Assembly (NCBI GenBank): GCA_004431415.1
Contig: QPMI01000710.1
Location: 13,989 to 77,988, forward strand
Reading direction: 5' to 3'
Source of the DNA: Cyanophora paradoxa CCMP329
Taxonomy: Eukaryota > Plantae > Glaucophyta
Length of the DNA stretch: 64,000 nucleotides
The first letter of the stretch is position 1. Every line of letters begins with the position of its first letter. A model generated the notes under the pieces. It searched no databases. It was not told the DNA's origin and worked only from the letters and a program-made list of their open reading frames with translations. The position numbers and the translations under genes were made by a program. Shown here in pieces: positions 11,801 to 24,330 of this stretch.

Positions 11801-14800
11801 TGAACCCGAGACGCTCTTTTGAACTCTGGTGCGCATGCTGAGCGCCGCCGAATCCGCGCGACTGGGGCGGAGTGCACGTGCGACGCTGCGGCAGGGTGGA
11901 GTACGCGAAGGGCCAGAGCGAGGAGTTCGAGGAGGAGGACTTCGCCGCGCTCTTCGTCCTGGCCCGCCCCGCCCCGCCTCACTACGAGCTCTAATTCCCC
12001 CAGGCCAGGCCTAGGCCGGTATCATGCTGACGCCCGCCGCAGCGGAGCGTGTGGGCCTTGAACGAGAAGCTGGGGATCTCCCGCCAGCTCAAGCTGGTAT
12101 CCCAAGGTGCTTTTAATTTCACCCACGCTGCTCCTTGAATCGAATTTGCAGCTAATATACTTTTTCAAACTTCATTTACAGACCTGAAGCAGCTGACCGA
12201 GGCTGTGACGGTACCCGTGATCACGCTGTGCGGCGAGGGTCGCATGATTAACTGGAATCCGAAGGTGTTTTCGTTTCTTCGAGGTTCCGACCTGTTTATG
12301 TTGCGGCTTATCATTTTCGACTCTCCTGGCAGGCTGAAGAACTTTTTCACCTGCAACGCACGCCTATGCTCGGTGAGAAAAACCGAATTCTAATTCGGGA
12401 AGGGGAAAAGAGAGAGAAGGAAGACGCTCTAAGCGGAGATAGGATGAACATTTTTCAAGTCTTGAGCTTCCGGGCGCATTGTGGTATCCTGTCGACATCG
12501 TATACGCCGCCTCAGGGCGCGACTTCGTGGATGCTTTGGTCGATGAGAAGAATGCAACGGACGTGCGCGCCGCCATTAAGGTCCGCGCGGCGTGCTGGCA
12601 GTCCGCGGGGGCAGTCCGAGTCTGACATTAACATCCCTCATTTAGGCGGCCTCCTCCGCCAACGGGCGCGCGCTGGACAACAAGGGGCACGAAGTCGAGT
12701 TCTCGACCCGCTCCGTAGACGAGACGCGCCCGGTGCTTCACGTGTATGCACTCGTTTGCGCTGAATCTTGATTCGAGCATATTTCGAGGCAGCCGCTGGA
12801 CATTCTTATGCACGCCTTCACGCGTCAGGATGCTGTCGGTCAGAGCGGCCCCTTCGGTGTCTGCTGTATTTGCGTGCGCTCTTCTAGATCTGCTGCTATA
12901 TTTGTGTGCTTCGTTGTTCTACCTCGAACCCAGACGGACCTGACGGAGAGCAAGAGCAAGATGAAAGCGGAAATCAGGGCCGAGGAGACTCGAAAGTTCC
13001 TGTCCACGATGTCTCACGAGAGTGCGCGCTTTTGGCACGAATTCGAAGAGCGCATTTTTTAAAAGCCGGCTCCGCAATTGACGGGCAAACATGTGCTTTG
13101 CGCAGTGCGCACGCCGCTGAATGGGTATTCGCTCATTCCTTTTTCGTTTCGCACATGTCCGCCATCCGATGAAGCTCTTCGCAGTGTCCTAGGAATGCTC
13201 CAGCTTGCCAAGGACTACCCCTTGCCCCCAGCCGCCACCGATTACATCGACGGCGCCGTGCGCTCCGGAGAGCACCTCCTTCACCTCATCAAGTGCTCGA
13301 CGTCCATTCGATTGAAAATCTATTCGTCCCTCTAGATCTTACTCCTACTGTTAGTGATATTCTCGACATAAACCGCATTGAGGCGGGAAAGCTTGTGCTT
13401 TCTTCGACGCGATTCGATGTGGCCACAATCATCAAAACCGCAGTTATGGTCGTCCAGCCGAAAGTGCCTGGAACCGTACCCTTCACCTCCCTTCGTCTCT
13501 GAGCGTGGGTTAGGCGACGAGCAAAGGGATCGAGATCGTCGTGGCCATGCCGGAGGTGGTCCCCGAGGTCTACGGCGACCCCGAGCGGCTGCAGCAGATT
13601 CTTCTCAACTTCCTCAGCAACGTCCGCTCCTGAATCTCCTTTCGCGCCCCCCTTCCGTTCCAATAGAACCGCGCTGACCTGTTTTTCTTGCGACCAGGGC
13701 GTGAAGTTTACGCCCGTGAGTCCTCTAGGGTGGATCCTTGTGGTCTTACGCTCTCTTGCAAACCTCGTGCGCTTCCGATCGCAGGATGGCGGCCGCGTTG
13801 TTGTACAAGTCCGCGTGATCGAGCGACGAGGGCGCATCCTCGGTCTGCTTTTCAGCCTGAAATTGTATTTGAGTTTTCCCGATACCCCTGCCTGACTGTT
13901 TGCTTTCGCTTTCGCAGATGTTCGCTTTGATGTGACGGACAATGGCGTGGGTATACGTGAAAAGGACCAGCTCCAACTGTTTCAGGTCCGACTGTTGACG
14001 GAATCGTTTTTGGCTCGACCGCTTCTTACACACTTGTTACTCTGCGATTTTCAGAGGTTTTACAGGGTGCAGGACCGCTCCAGAGAAGACCCGGGTGGAA
14101 CGGGCCTTGGGTGGGCTCCGGCCCGCTCTGCTCTAGATCTGCTCTTCAATTCACGGCCTTACATGATGCAGGCTCGCCATCTGTCGAGAGATCGCGGAGC
14201 GGTGGGGGGGCAAGGTCGGCTGCGAAACGAAGTACGGGAGCGGCAGCACCTTCTGGGTGCTCCTTCCCCTCGAGGTCGCCATGCCCGGCGACTCGCCGCG
14301 CGCCGCCTCTGCGGAGCAGTCGGCCCGGCAGAGACGTCGCGACGCCTCGCGCCTCTCTTCCTGCTCTGAGGCGTCTTCCCCCGTCTCGACCTCGTTTGAT
14401 TCAAGGCGCCCGGGCCGCTCGGCCTCGGAAATCTACCCAGCCGGCGTGCGCCACATGCTGCCAGCTCTCCAGCTCGGCCCTCGTGGCGACGCCCTGTGCT
14501 CCGGCTCCCACGCGTCCTCTCCTGCTCCCGGGTCCCACGCATCCTCTCCCGGTCCGGGGTCCCCCTCGGCCGGTCCCCGTTCATTCGGCCTCGATCCTCC
14601 AGCGAACGCCTCTATCCGCCCCACGGCCCGCCCCGCCGGCGATGGCGCCAGCCAGCACCGGAGCACTGCTGAGGCAAACGTCGGCGTCGGTGCCAGAATT
14701 GGATCACTCGACGCCACCGTCAATGCTGCTGCCCCCGCGACCCGTCAGCAGGCCGGAACGCGGTGGATCCACCTTTGCGCCTTGCTACTAAAACTCCTCG

Positions 14801-17350
14801 TGACACATTCCGAATTGCAGGGCGGGCATCGATGGCTCATGTGGCTCTGAGAAGGACCGGGAGGCCCCCTCCCCGTGCGCCCTGTGCTCTTCCGCCATAC
14901 AGCGCCGCTCCTAACGCGCTCTACATATTTCAAAACACTTATTTCGAGCCCTCATGATCAGTGGTTCCAGCTTGAGCGGGGCAGACTTCAAGGCTCTGGC
15001 CGCGTCCCCCGCCGGCATGTCCCCCCACCCCGAGTTGGTCAGCGACCGCGTTTTCGTTCGAAAAAGGACCTGTTCAAGCGACCTCGCCGCAGGACGTCGA
15101 CTCGCCGATGGGGCGCGCCACCCCTTTGCCGGTCTCGCTGCGGCCGTGCCACGTCCTCGTGGCCGAGGTTCGGCTCCCCGCCCCTTGCACTCGGCCTCCC
15201 CGGACGATATTGATGGTCAAGCACCCTGCAGGACAACCAAATCAACGTCCGGATAGTCCGAACGATGCTGGAGAAGGTGCGTCTGCGGGGACGTGCGAAC
15301 CGCGATAGGTGCCCGTATATGTACATCTCATGCTCTGTCAGGCGGGGCACGTGGTGGTGGTGGCCGCGGACGGAGAGGAGGCCGTCGAGGCGTTCCGGAG
15401 GGCCGCCGCGAATGCTGCAGAGGCCTCCACCTCGGGCTCGGCCCATGACTCGCTCTGGGCGGTGCCTCCGGACCCTTTCGATCAGCCGCCACCGCCACCG
15501 CCGGCGCGGCGCGCATTCGACGTGATTCTCATGGATTGCGAGGCGCACACCACCCCTCTAGATCTCTATTGTTTCCCTCCTGAATCTCTGTCAACAGATG
15601 CCCCGCAAGGACGGCTTCTCAGCAACGCAAGAAATCCGAGAGATAGAGGCCTCCCTCGGCCTCGCGAGGCACCCCATTGTGGCACGCTTTCTGACGCCGA
15701 CCTGTGGCTCCCTGCTGACGGAGCGCAGGCGCTGACGGCGAGTGTGCTGCCCGAGGACGAGAGGCGCTGCTACGACGCCGGCATGGACCACCACGTTGCC
15801 AAGCCAGTCGTCCGGCGCCTGGTGCGTGGGAAGATGCGACTGAGGGCTCTGAGCCGTCGATCGGTTCATGGAGCACGAGCTTCCGCCTGCTGCGCCCTCC
15901 GGCGACCAGCGTCCTCCGCTACGTATACCCGATTGTCCGCCCCCCGGGCCCCCCGGAACCGGGGTACTGGCCGAAGCGTTCCGCTCGCCCAAACTCTCGC
16001 CATCGGCCCTGACCGATCGAGCCGCGCGGCCTTCGCCCGCGGCCGCGCCTACCCCCCCGACTCCCGCGCTCGAGCCCGTCCCAGCTGCCCCCGTTAGCGT
16101 TCGCCCAACGTCGCGGTCGGCGTCCATTAGCCTGGAGCGCTTGCTGCTTTCGCCCCGCCCCTCGTCAGCTCCGCCGATCCCGCCCCCATCGATATCGTCT
16201 GGGCCCCGCAGCGTGTTGCGCCGTGCCTCGAGCAGCTCCGCACGCCTCGAGTCGTTTTCCGCGGCCCCACCGGACGCCGGCCCCCCGCTCGACGTCCTGG
16301 TTGTCGAGGACAACCCTGTATGCGAATTTACATTTATATTGCTCCGTCCTGTCCATCGGTCTCCCTTTTTCATTGCGCGCTGCGACAGGTCAATATGAAG
16401 GTCCTGACGGCGATGCTGGAGGGCGTCGGGTGGATGGTACGTATACGCCGGGTTCTGTTCCGGACTGCTAATTATAATGTGCACGTGCCTGAGCTTCCGA
16501 AATCAGGTGACGAAAGCGCGGGATGGGCAGGAGGCGGTCGAGGCCTTCGAGAGCCGCCTGGGAACCACCGGCTCCCTCATGTTTTCTGCAATTCTCATGG
16601 ATTGCCAGGCTCGCTCTTAAGCTTGTCTGTTCGTCTCTTTTTGCATTCCAGTTTCCTTACTTTTGCTGCAGATGCCAAGAATGAACGGGTACCAAGCAGC
16701 CGCGAAGATACGGGAAATCGGTGTGCATGCGCCCCTCTGAACAGGCCCTCGAAGCCCCCCTTACATTGTCTGCAGAGCGACGCCTGGAGCTCCCCAGGCA
16801 CCCGATAATTGCCGTCACCGCATACGCGGGTAACCTCTCTATCTCCTTGCCTTCTTTTCCCTCGCTAAAACTCGCTGATCATGTACTTGAATTTTTGCAG
16901 CCAATGCAGATGGTAAGATGCTCTGGTCTCCTTTTCGCGCACAGCGCATTGATATCCCTTGGCTTTGTTCTCTTACTGTGTTACCCCTTGCGACGGTAGA
17001 CTGTGCACGGTGCCTCGAGTCCGGCATGGGTGCGCAGTGCTCTCGCCCCCGTCGTTTTCTCTCGCCTCATCCTTGAAATTTTCCTCTCAGATGAGTACAC
17101 GACGAAGCCTGTGCGGCGCGATGCTCTCGTGATTTTCCTCCCTCTCCGCTAACACGGTGAAATGTGTACACGTAGGTGAAGCGGGATATGCTGCTGCAAC
17201 TCGTCCAGGTCCGATCTCTTTACACAGACAGCTTCTCAACTAAGCGAGCTTATGCATATGCTGCTGCTGCAGGATCGGGCGGCCGTTGCTCTCGCCTGTA
17301 TCACGCAGAGAAGCCGGCCACGGGTGCCCGCCCGCACTCAGCAACCCTGA
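8874..17350 (+). CDS. Phytochrome hybrid histidine kinase, glaucophyte GPS-type: PAS-GAF-PHY-PAS-HisKA-HATPase-REC-REC; many exons
   Basis: PAS: HIGTVQSHGVLI, CILELEP. GAF: CMVYRF..DGLVIAE, DIPPAARAMFMLNRFR, LDLGRSILRSASH-x-HLDYMQNM, LWGL. PHY tongue: LNPRRSFELW. H-box MSHEMRTPLNG, N-box RLQQILLNFLSN, DNGVGI, GGTGLG. Two receivers: LMDCE-MP...KP and LMDCQ-MP...KP. Confidence 0.92.
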
Positions 17351-18172
17351 TCATCGGTTTCATGCAATTGCATGCCTTTTTATACTTAGTCACCTAGGCC
17401 TGTTGTAGTCAATTGCAATGCCTTCCTTCTAGATTTCGCACTAGTACTGGCTTGTGATTCTGTATTTTGGACACGGGGACACTGTAAGATACTGTAGGTC
17501 CCCCCGTCTCGACTGCGTTCGTGTTTTATAATTACCAGCCTTACTGACTTGCAATTGGATGGCACCGGTGTGCGGCCGCGGCCGCGGGACCGGAGGGGCT
17601 GGGGGGCGGGGGGCGGGGGGGGCGAAGCCGCGCGCCGCGGCGGGTTCCGGGGTGGCCGAAGCCAGCCTGCAGGGGCCCGGGGACGGTCGAAGCCCGCGAG
17701 GGCAGGGGGGTGCCCGAAGGCAGCTGAAGCTGCAGGCCTACTAGCTCTAGGCTAGCTATATAGGGGGCAACTGCAGCTAGGCGGATCCGGGAGCGAGCTC
17801 GAGGCCTAGGCTAGTGCTGATCATGATCATGAGACGTCGACTGGGGGAAAGCTTAAGCTCAAAAGGGAGCTCCGCGGCCGGGTAGCTAGAACCAAGCGCT
17901 AGCGCTAGCGCGGGCGCTCATGATCATATGCATCGACCGGCCGGGCGCGCGGCCGCGGACGCGATTTCAAATTCGAATTTCAGCGCTTGCTGCCGGGCCG
18001 GGTACACAGTTTTACAACGTCGCCACTGACTCGCCAGCTGCAGGCGGCGATCGCTAAATCAGGAGGCGTCCGTCGCGATCTGGGTGTGTCGTTGTGTCTA
18101 GCGCTAGCCGGCGGGAAGCGCGCCCTGGGCCAGCTGCAGTTGCGGCTCGCCGGACTGCACGCGGCGCGACAG

Positions 18173-18682
18173 ATGGCTATGGCGCCGATCTTCTTAGTGA
18201 ACACTATCGAAGCGTCTTCCCAAGCGCTTCTTCGTCTCCAGGGCGCGCCCAGACTCGCCGTCGACTGCGAGGGCGTCGATCTGAGCAGACGTGGGCGCCT
18301 CTGCCTCGTGCAGGTGCGTGATATCGATATCGATACTTGCGCGTTGGGGGCTGCGACCTGCACCTGCTGTGTCTGGTCCGCGCACTCTAGATCTGCAGCT
18401 GATCCCGACGACCCGCGGCCGGCCCCGCGCGCGCGGCGCGGCTGCTGCGCAGGTCGCCGACCCTCGGGACGGGACGGTGCACATCTTCGACGTCGTGGCG
18501 CTCGGGGGCCTTCCCCAGGTGCTCCGCCCCGCCCCGCCGGGCGCTCCCGGCCGGCTCGTCGTTCGCTGCCGGTGCCGAGCCGCGCGCGCGGGGCCGGGTC
18601 GGGCAGTTCCTCGTCGCGATCCTCGGCGACCCGCGCGTCCTGAAGATCTTCCACGACTGCAGGCAGGACAGCGACGCCGTGC

Positions 18683-18723
<41 letters not shown>

Positions 18724-19351
18724 CCCCGCCCCGGCCCTTCGGAGCCGACGGCGCCCGGCCCCGGGGCGGCCGGCAGCTCTACCACCAGTGCGGGGTGGCG
18801 CTGGCGAACGTGCTGGACACGCAGCTCTGCGACGCGCTGCACCAGCAGCTCCGCACCGGCCGCCTCCCGCCCTTCGTCTCGGGCCTCAAGAAGCTCCTCG
18901 AGCTGCACGTCCCGCACCTCGTGCCGCCCGACGCCGCCCAGCTCAAGGCCTCCGTCTCCGCCGGCTTCGACGCCGACCTCCGCCTCTGGGAGCGCCGGCC
19001 CCTGCCCCAGCACCTCCTCCTGCGCGCCCCTTCCCCACCCCAGTCCACCTCTGGCGCGCCTCTGACTCGCTCCCTTCGGGCAGGTACGCCGCGTACGACG
19101 TCGCGCTGCTGGGGGCGCTGGCGGACCACCTCACGGCCGGCTTCCACCCGCTCCACCTCGAGGCTGCCCGGCGTGCCTCCGCCCGCTACGTCGCCCTCTT
19201 CCGGTGCCCCGCCCCCCGTAGCCCCCGCCAGACCCGCGTCGGCCTCTGCTCAGCGGCTACGCTCAGGGACGCCCCGGAGGCGAACGACCGGCAGACGCCG
19301 GGCGGCCGCGGGCGCGAGAACGCCCGCCTCGACCCCGCCCTCTTCGCGTAG
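18173..19351 (+). CDS. DEDDy 3'-5' exonuclease (EXD1/Egalitarian-like)
   Basis: LAVDCEGVDLSRRGRLCLVQV, KIFHDCRQDSDAL, VLDTQ, WERRPLP and YAAYDV. Catalytic residues are present. Confidence 0.85.
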
Positions 19352-19636
19352 CCCCCCCCACCCCCCTCTTCCCTCCTTGCGCCTGCAGTCCTAGTACCCC
19401 TTCCACCTCCAGTTCTAGTACCCCTCCGGCCGCGTCCCGGCTCTCCCACGCACAGGCGCTTGTACCATCCACCTGTCTCCTTGCATATTTAATCATACTC
19501 TAACGGAAGTAAACTAACAAATGAAAGAAAAGGGCGCCAGAATAAGGGCGCGCCGGCGCCGCGGATCGAATGCAGGCATCCGACTCTAATCTCGCGAGCT
19601 GACGAGTTCCGGAGGCCGGCGCTCGGCGCCGGTGGC

Positions 19637-20934
19637 TCAGGAGGCGGTGTCGTCGACGAGCTCGAGGGTGAGGTAGACGATGCGCATCCACTGCGCCCCG
19701 CCGAGAAGCCCCGTGAGAAGGCGGGGGCAAGAGGGGCCGGGGGAGAAGCTTAAAAGGGGCGGGCCTGGGAGCGGATGGAGGCCTCGACGGTGGAGAGGCC
19801 CGTCTCGCCCTCGTCGAGCAGCAGCGTCTGCTCCAGCTTCAGCGCGTCCAGCTTGTACCCCTTCCGCCGCGACTCGATCACCCCCAGCACCAGCTGCTCC
19901 AGCCCCTGCACCCCCCGCTCGTCCCCGGGGGGGCGGAGAGGGTGTGGGGGCGGGGGGTACGGCACCCTCGGGTCCACGACGACGGGGCGGGTCCAGTTCT
20001 CGTTGTCGCGCGGCCGGTACCGCACCGCGTTCAGCGTGAGGACTGCGCGGCGGGCGTCGGAAGGGGGTACAGGCGGGTCGCGGACAGGAGGCGGGGGCGA
20101 GGGGGGTACGGCGCACAGACGAGGGTGATCCAGATGGCGCGGATCTCCTTCTCCTCCTCGTTCAGGCGGATGAACTCGTCCAGCTGCGCCCCGCGCCGGT
20201 TAACGGGCGGGGCGGGGCGCGGGGCGCGGGGCGCGGGGCGCGCCTGGGCGTTGCCGGTGATGATCTCGTTGGACATGAGCTCGAGCTTGAGGGCCTCAAT
20301 CGTGTACCCCCGCAGGTACGCGACGACCACCGCGCGCAGGAACTCCTTCATCGAGTCCGTGTAGCCGTCCCCCACGCCTGCGCCAGCCGGCACGCGCCGC
20401 TCAGCCCGGCACGCGTCGGCGTACGTCGCTGGGCTCGGCTCGCCTGCGCTGTAGAGGTAGAACCACGTTTTCCGGAACGCGAGCTCCAGCATCGCCGTGA
20501 TGGGCTGCGGCGCGGCACGGCACGCGCGTGAGCACACGCCTCGCCGAACGGCGGCGCGCGAGGAGGAGAGCGGATCGGATCGGCGCGCCTTCCCTGCGTC
20601 TGAAGGAGATGGTCCGGGGCTCGGCTCTGGGCCGTCCGCCTCGATCCCGCAGGAGATCTGTGGCAACCAGACCCGCCGCTGACCCTGGCAGCTCCGGGAG
20701 AGCCCTGAGGTCGACCAGTGCACGTCTCGTAGCCTGAAACTAACACTCGAAGCCTGCAGCAGCGATCGGCGAAGGCCCGCATCGTGCGCGGAACGATCGG
20801 GCGCGTACCAGCTGCGTGGGTGGTCGCACGCCGGCTCCGGTTGGCGACCTCGAGCATGCACGCACTGCAAGGCGTTGCGGCAACGCCGCACGCTCGCTGC
20901 TCAGCGCGGGACCCGCCACCACGAAGCAGGCCAT
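19637..20934 (-). CDS. Probable plastid-targeted protein of unknown function with two internal helical repeats
   Basis: N-terminus MACFVVAG, resembling the glaucophyte MA(A)FV transit-peptide start. Repeats RGYTIEALKLE...IRAIWITLVFLTL and KGYKLDALKLE...IRSQWMRIVYLTL. Confidence 0.7.
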
Positions 20935-21135
20935 TTCTGGGGGTAGGCCTCGCTTCGTTCGCAACGCCAAGCCAAGGTATCCAGCGCGTGTCCAGATATC
21001 GATCTCGTCTTGAAGTTCAAGGGGATGATGATTTAAATTTTACATCTACAACGCGTACGATGTTGAACATACTGACGAAGGGCGCCGGACCCGGCGCGGG
21101 GACATAGCCTAGAACTCGAAGCTACCAAAAAAAGG

Positions 21136-24100
21136 CTACGCCTCGCCGTCGCCGCGGGGCGGGTCGGCGCTCTCCGCAGAGAGGCCGCCGGCGGATGCCG
21201 CGGAGCCGCGGAAGCGCGCGGGGAGCTTGCGCCTCACGAGGGAGACGAAGGTGGCGACCTGCGCGCGGGGGCGCCGCGGGCCTCAGCCACCCGCCCTCTG
21301 TCTCGAAGCAGGCGGGGCGGGGGGGCGGGGACCTCGGGGACACGGAAGAGGACGAGGACGGCGGCGAAGGCGACGACGCCGGAGCCGCCGGCCGCCGCCA
21401 GGTGCGCCAGCTGCGCCGGGTCCGGGTCGGCGAGGCGGGGGCGGGGGAGAGGCGCGCGGGGCGGGGCGGGGCGGGGCGCACCAGCAGCACGACCCCGGGC
21501 CCGGGAAGAAGCGCTGCGGGGGCGGAGCCCGAGCGTCAGGAGGGGCGCGGGGGCGCGGGCGGGCGGGCTCGGGGCGGCACCATGAAGAAGCGGGAGACGG
21601 CGGTGGCGGCGGCGGCGGCGGCGGCGGTGCCGGCGGCGAGGGCCGCCCCCGAGGCCGCCCACTCGGCCAGCGGCAGCCCGGCCTCCTCCGCCGGCTCCGA
21701 GGGGTCTGCGGCCGCCACGCCCGGGCCCGCTCGCTCGGCGGGCTTGCGGGGCCCCAGGGCGCGGGCGCGGGGGGCGGCGCACCGCGGAACTCGTTCTGGA
21801 GCTTGCGGTGGAGGATGGCGAGGAGGACGACCTGCGCGGGCGGGCGCGGGGGCGGGCGCGGGGGCGGGGGCGGCGCGGTGAGACGGCGGGGGCGCAGGAG
21901 AGCTGGGGGGCCGGGCGGGGGCGGACGAGGGAGACGGCGTTGGCGAGGGAGGAGGCGAGGACGAGGCCGGGGGCGCCGAGGGGGCGGATGAGCGCGAAGT
22001 CCAGCACGCCGTTCAGCGCGATGGAGAGCACCTGCGGGGCCCGCTCGGCCCCGGCGGGCCTCGCGCGGCGGGGCGGGGCGGGGCGGGGCGGGGCGGACGG
22101 AGTTGCGGAAGGGGACGGCGCCGTCGCCGAGGGCGTAGAAGACGCGGACGAGGACGTCGCGGGCGAGCCCCGGGAACATCCCCAGCGCGAACATCTGCCC
22201 GCCCGCGCTCGGCGGGGCGGAGCCGGAGAGGGGGGCGGGGGGCAAGGGGGGGGACCTGGAGGGCGGCGGCGACGGCGGCGGAGGCGGCGGCGTCGAAGGC
22301 GGCGCGCTCGTAGACGAGGCGGACGACGGGGAGCGCCAGCGCGAAGGTCACCGCCGCCACCGGCAGCATCGCCAGCCCCGACAGGAAGATCCCCTGCGGG
22401 GGGCGTGGGCCGGCGAGCGGCCGGCGTCTGCGGGGCCGGGGGAGGGCCGGCGGGCACCTGGCGGATGCGGGTCTTGAGCTCCTTGCGGTCGCCGTTGGGC
22501 CCCGCGAGGCGCGAGTAGAGGGGCATCAGCGGCACCAGCAGCATGCTCGACGCGATCCCCACCGGCGTCTGCCCCCGCCGCCGCCGTCACGCGGGAGATC
22601 AAAAGGGGCGGGGGCCGGGGCGGGCCTGGATGAGGAGGTGGGCGTAGGTGAGGGCGGCGGCGGCGCCGTGCGGGACGAAAGACGCGAAGAGGAGGTCCAT
22701 GTACACGTTGATCTGCGCTGCTCTGAGGGGCGGGGGGGGCGGGGGCTGCCGAGGGGGCCGGGGGGCACCTGGCCCATGCCGGAGGAGAGGGTGGCGGGCC
22801 CGAGGAGCGAGAGCACCTCCCGCACGCCCGGCGCCGAGAGGTCCACGCGGGGCCGGAAGAGCCGCCCCACCCGCCCTGCCCGCCCCCTCCACGCCTCAGG
22901 ACAAATACTACGGGCGCGGGGGCGGGGCGGGGCGGGGCGGGGCGCGCCGAGGTTGAAGCCGTCGCCCTTGACCACCTCGCCGCCCGCGCGGGCCCCCTCG
23001 CCCTCCTCCTGCTGGTGCCGCCGCCCCGTGATCCCTGCTGCCATTTGCGCCCACACCTGCCCCCGCCCGCCTCAGCCCCGCGCCGGGCTGCTGGCGCGCC
23101 GGGCAGCGCCCGCGGAGCACTCGCCTGGACGAGCCACTGGAGTACGGCGCCGGCGAGGGTCGACCACGCGAGGACCTGCGCAGGCGCCTCAGCGGCCGCG
23201 CGCGTGCCGCCGGGGGGCTGGGGTGCGCGCCATGCCGCCGAGGATGGCGTTCTTGGGGTCGCCCAGCTCCCTGCGTCGGGGAAAAGAAGACGGGGCGCGT
23301 GAGGCGCCTCGGGGCCTCGGGGGCCGGGCAGCGCTGCAAGAAAGAAAGAGAGAGAGAGGGGCGCACTTGAGGCCGACGCGCCACATGAGGAGGGCCATGG
23401 CGCCCGCCGTCGTCGCGCTCGAGAGCAGTGGCGAGACCGACGGGAGCCAGTACAGGTCCCGCGCCCTTGAAGCGAAGGGCAGTGAGGGGGGGGGAAAGAG
23501 GAGGAAGGGGGAGGGGAGGGGCGGACGAGAGGGTGCCGAAGGAGACGCCGATGAGGCCGGAGAGGACGGCCATCGGGGCCATGATCCGCAGCTGCCGCAC
23601 CGCGATCGCCCTGCGCGACGAGGGCCCGTGAGGCTGCGGCGCGGGGCGGGCAGGCCGGGGTCGGGGAAGGCGATGGGCCGGACCGGGTGAGGATGGCCTC
23701 GGCGGAGCCGGCGAGGGCGGCCTGGGCGACGCCCGGGGCCGCCATGTCGACGATCGGGCCGGCCGCCCCGATGAGGAGCAGCGTCACGCAGGAGAGCACG
23801 CCCCCGACCTGCCGCAAAGCCCGCGCGGCTCAGCTGGGCGAGGGGCGCGGCGCGGGGGATGGGGGCGCGCCATCGTGGAAATCGTGTCGACGAGGGGGCC
23901 GGCCACCCGCGGGTCGGGGTACTGCGGAGTACCGGGTCAACGGAGGACGATAGGGTACGGGGGAGGCGAGGAAGGGTACCTTGGAGAGGACGGAGACCAT
24001 CGAGGAGTGGAAGGGGCCGTTGATGCCGCTGGGGGGGAGGGTTGAGGGGGGTACGTGTACGGACGGGGCCAGGGGCCGGGGCACCCGAGGAGGATGAAGA

Positions 24101-24330
24101 AGAAGCCGGGTACGACGGAGGCGTAGTTAAAGGCGTTGACGGCGGGGCCCACGCCGAAGGCCGCCGCGATCGCCTGCGGGGGGGTACGCGGTCAGGCGAG
24201 GGGCGCGGAGGGGCTCCAGGCGGGGACGAAGGGGGTACGCGCTTGCTGGCGGACGAGGCCAAAAAGCTTGGAGATGAGGGTACCCAGGGCGACGATGCCG
24301 GCGATGCCAGCAAGGCTCTGCGGAGGGGGG
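21136..24330 (-). CDS. murJ: Lipid II flippase MurJ/MviN domain, cyanobacterial type, nuclear and intron-rich
   Basis: Spliced: SLAGIAGIVALGTLISKLFGLVRQQAIAAAFGVGPAVNAFNYASVVPGFFFILLGGINGPFHSSMVSVLSK; QLRIMAPMA; GPATLSSGM-QINVYMDLLFASF; LVYERAAFDA; LARDVLVRVFYALGD; LGAPGLVLAS. Stop TAG at 21136-21138. Confidence 0.92.

Noticed and set aside
17560-17740. G-rich stretch with several CGAAG-loop mini stems
   Set aside because: No TIR, TSD or defined boundary could be supported; possibly a decayed repeat.
21136-24330. Bacterial contamination as the source of murJ and the histidine kinase
   Set aside because: Both are split by many spliceosomal introns and are contiguous with RRP41 and UPF2.
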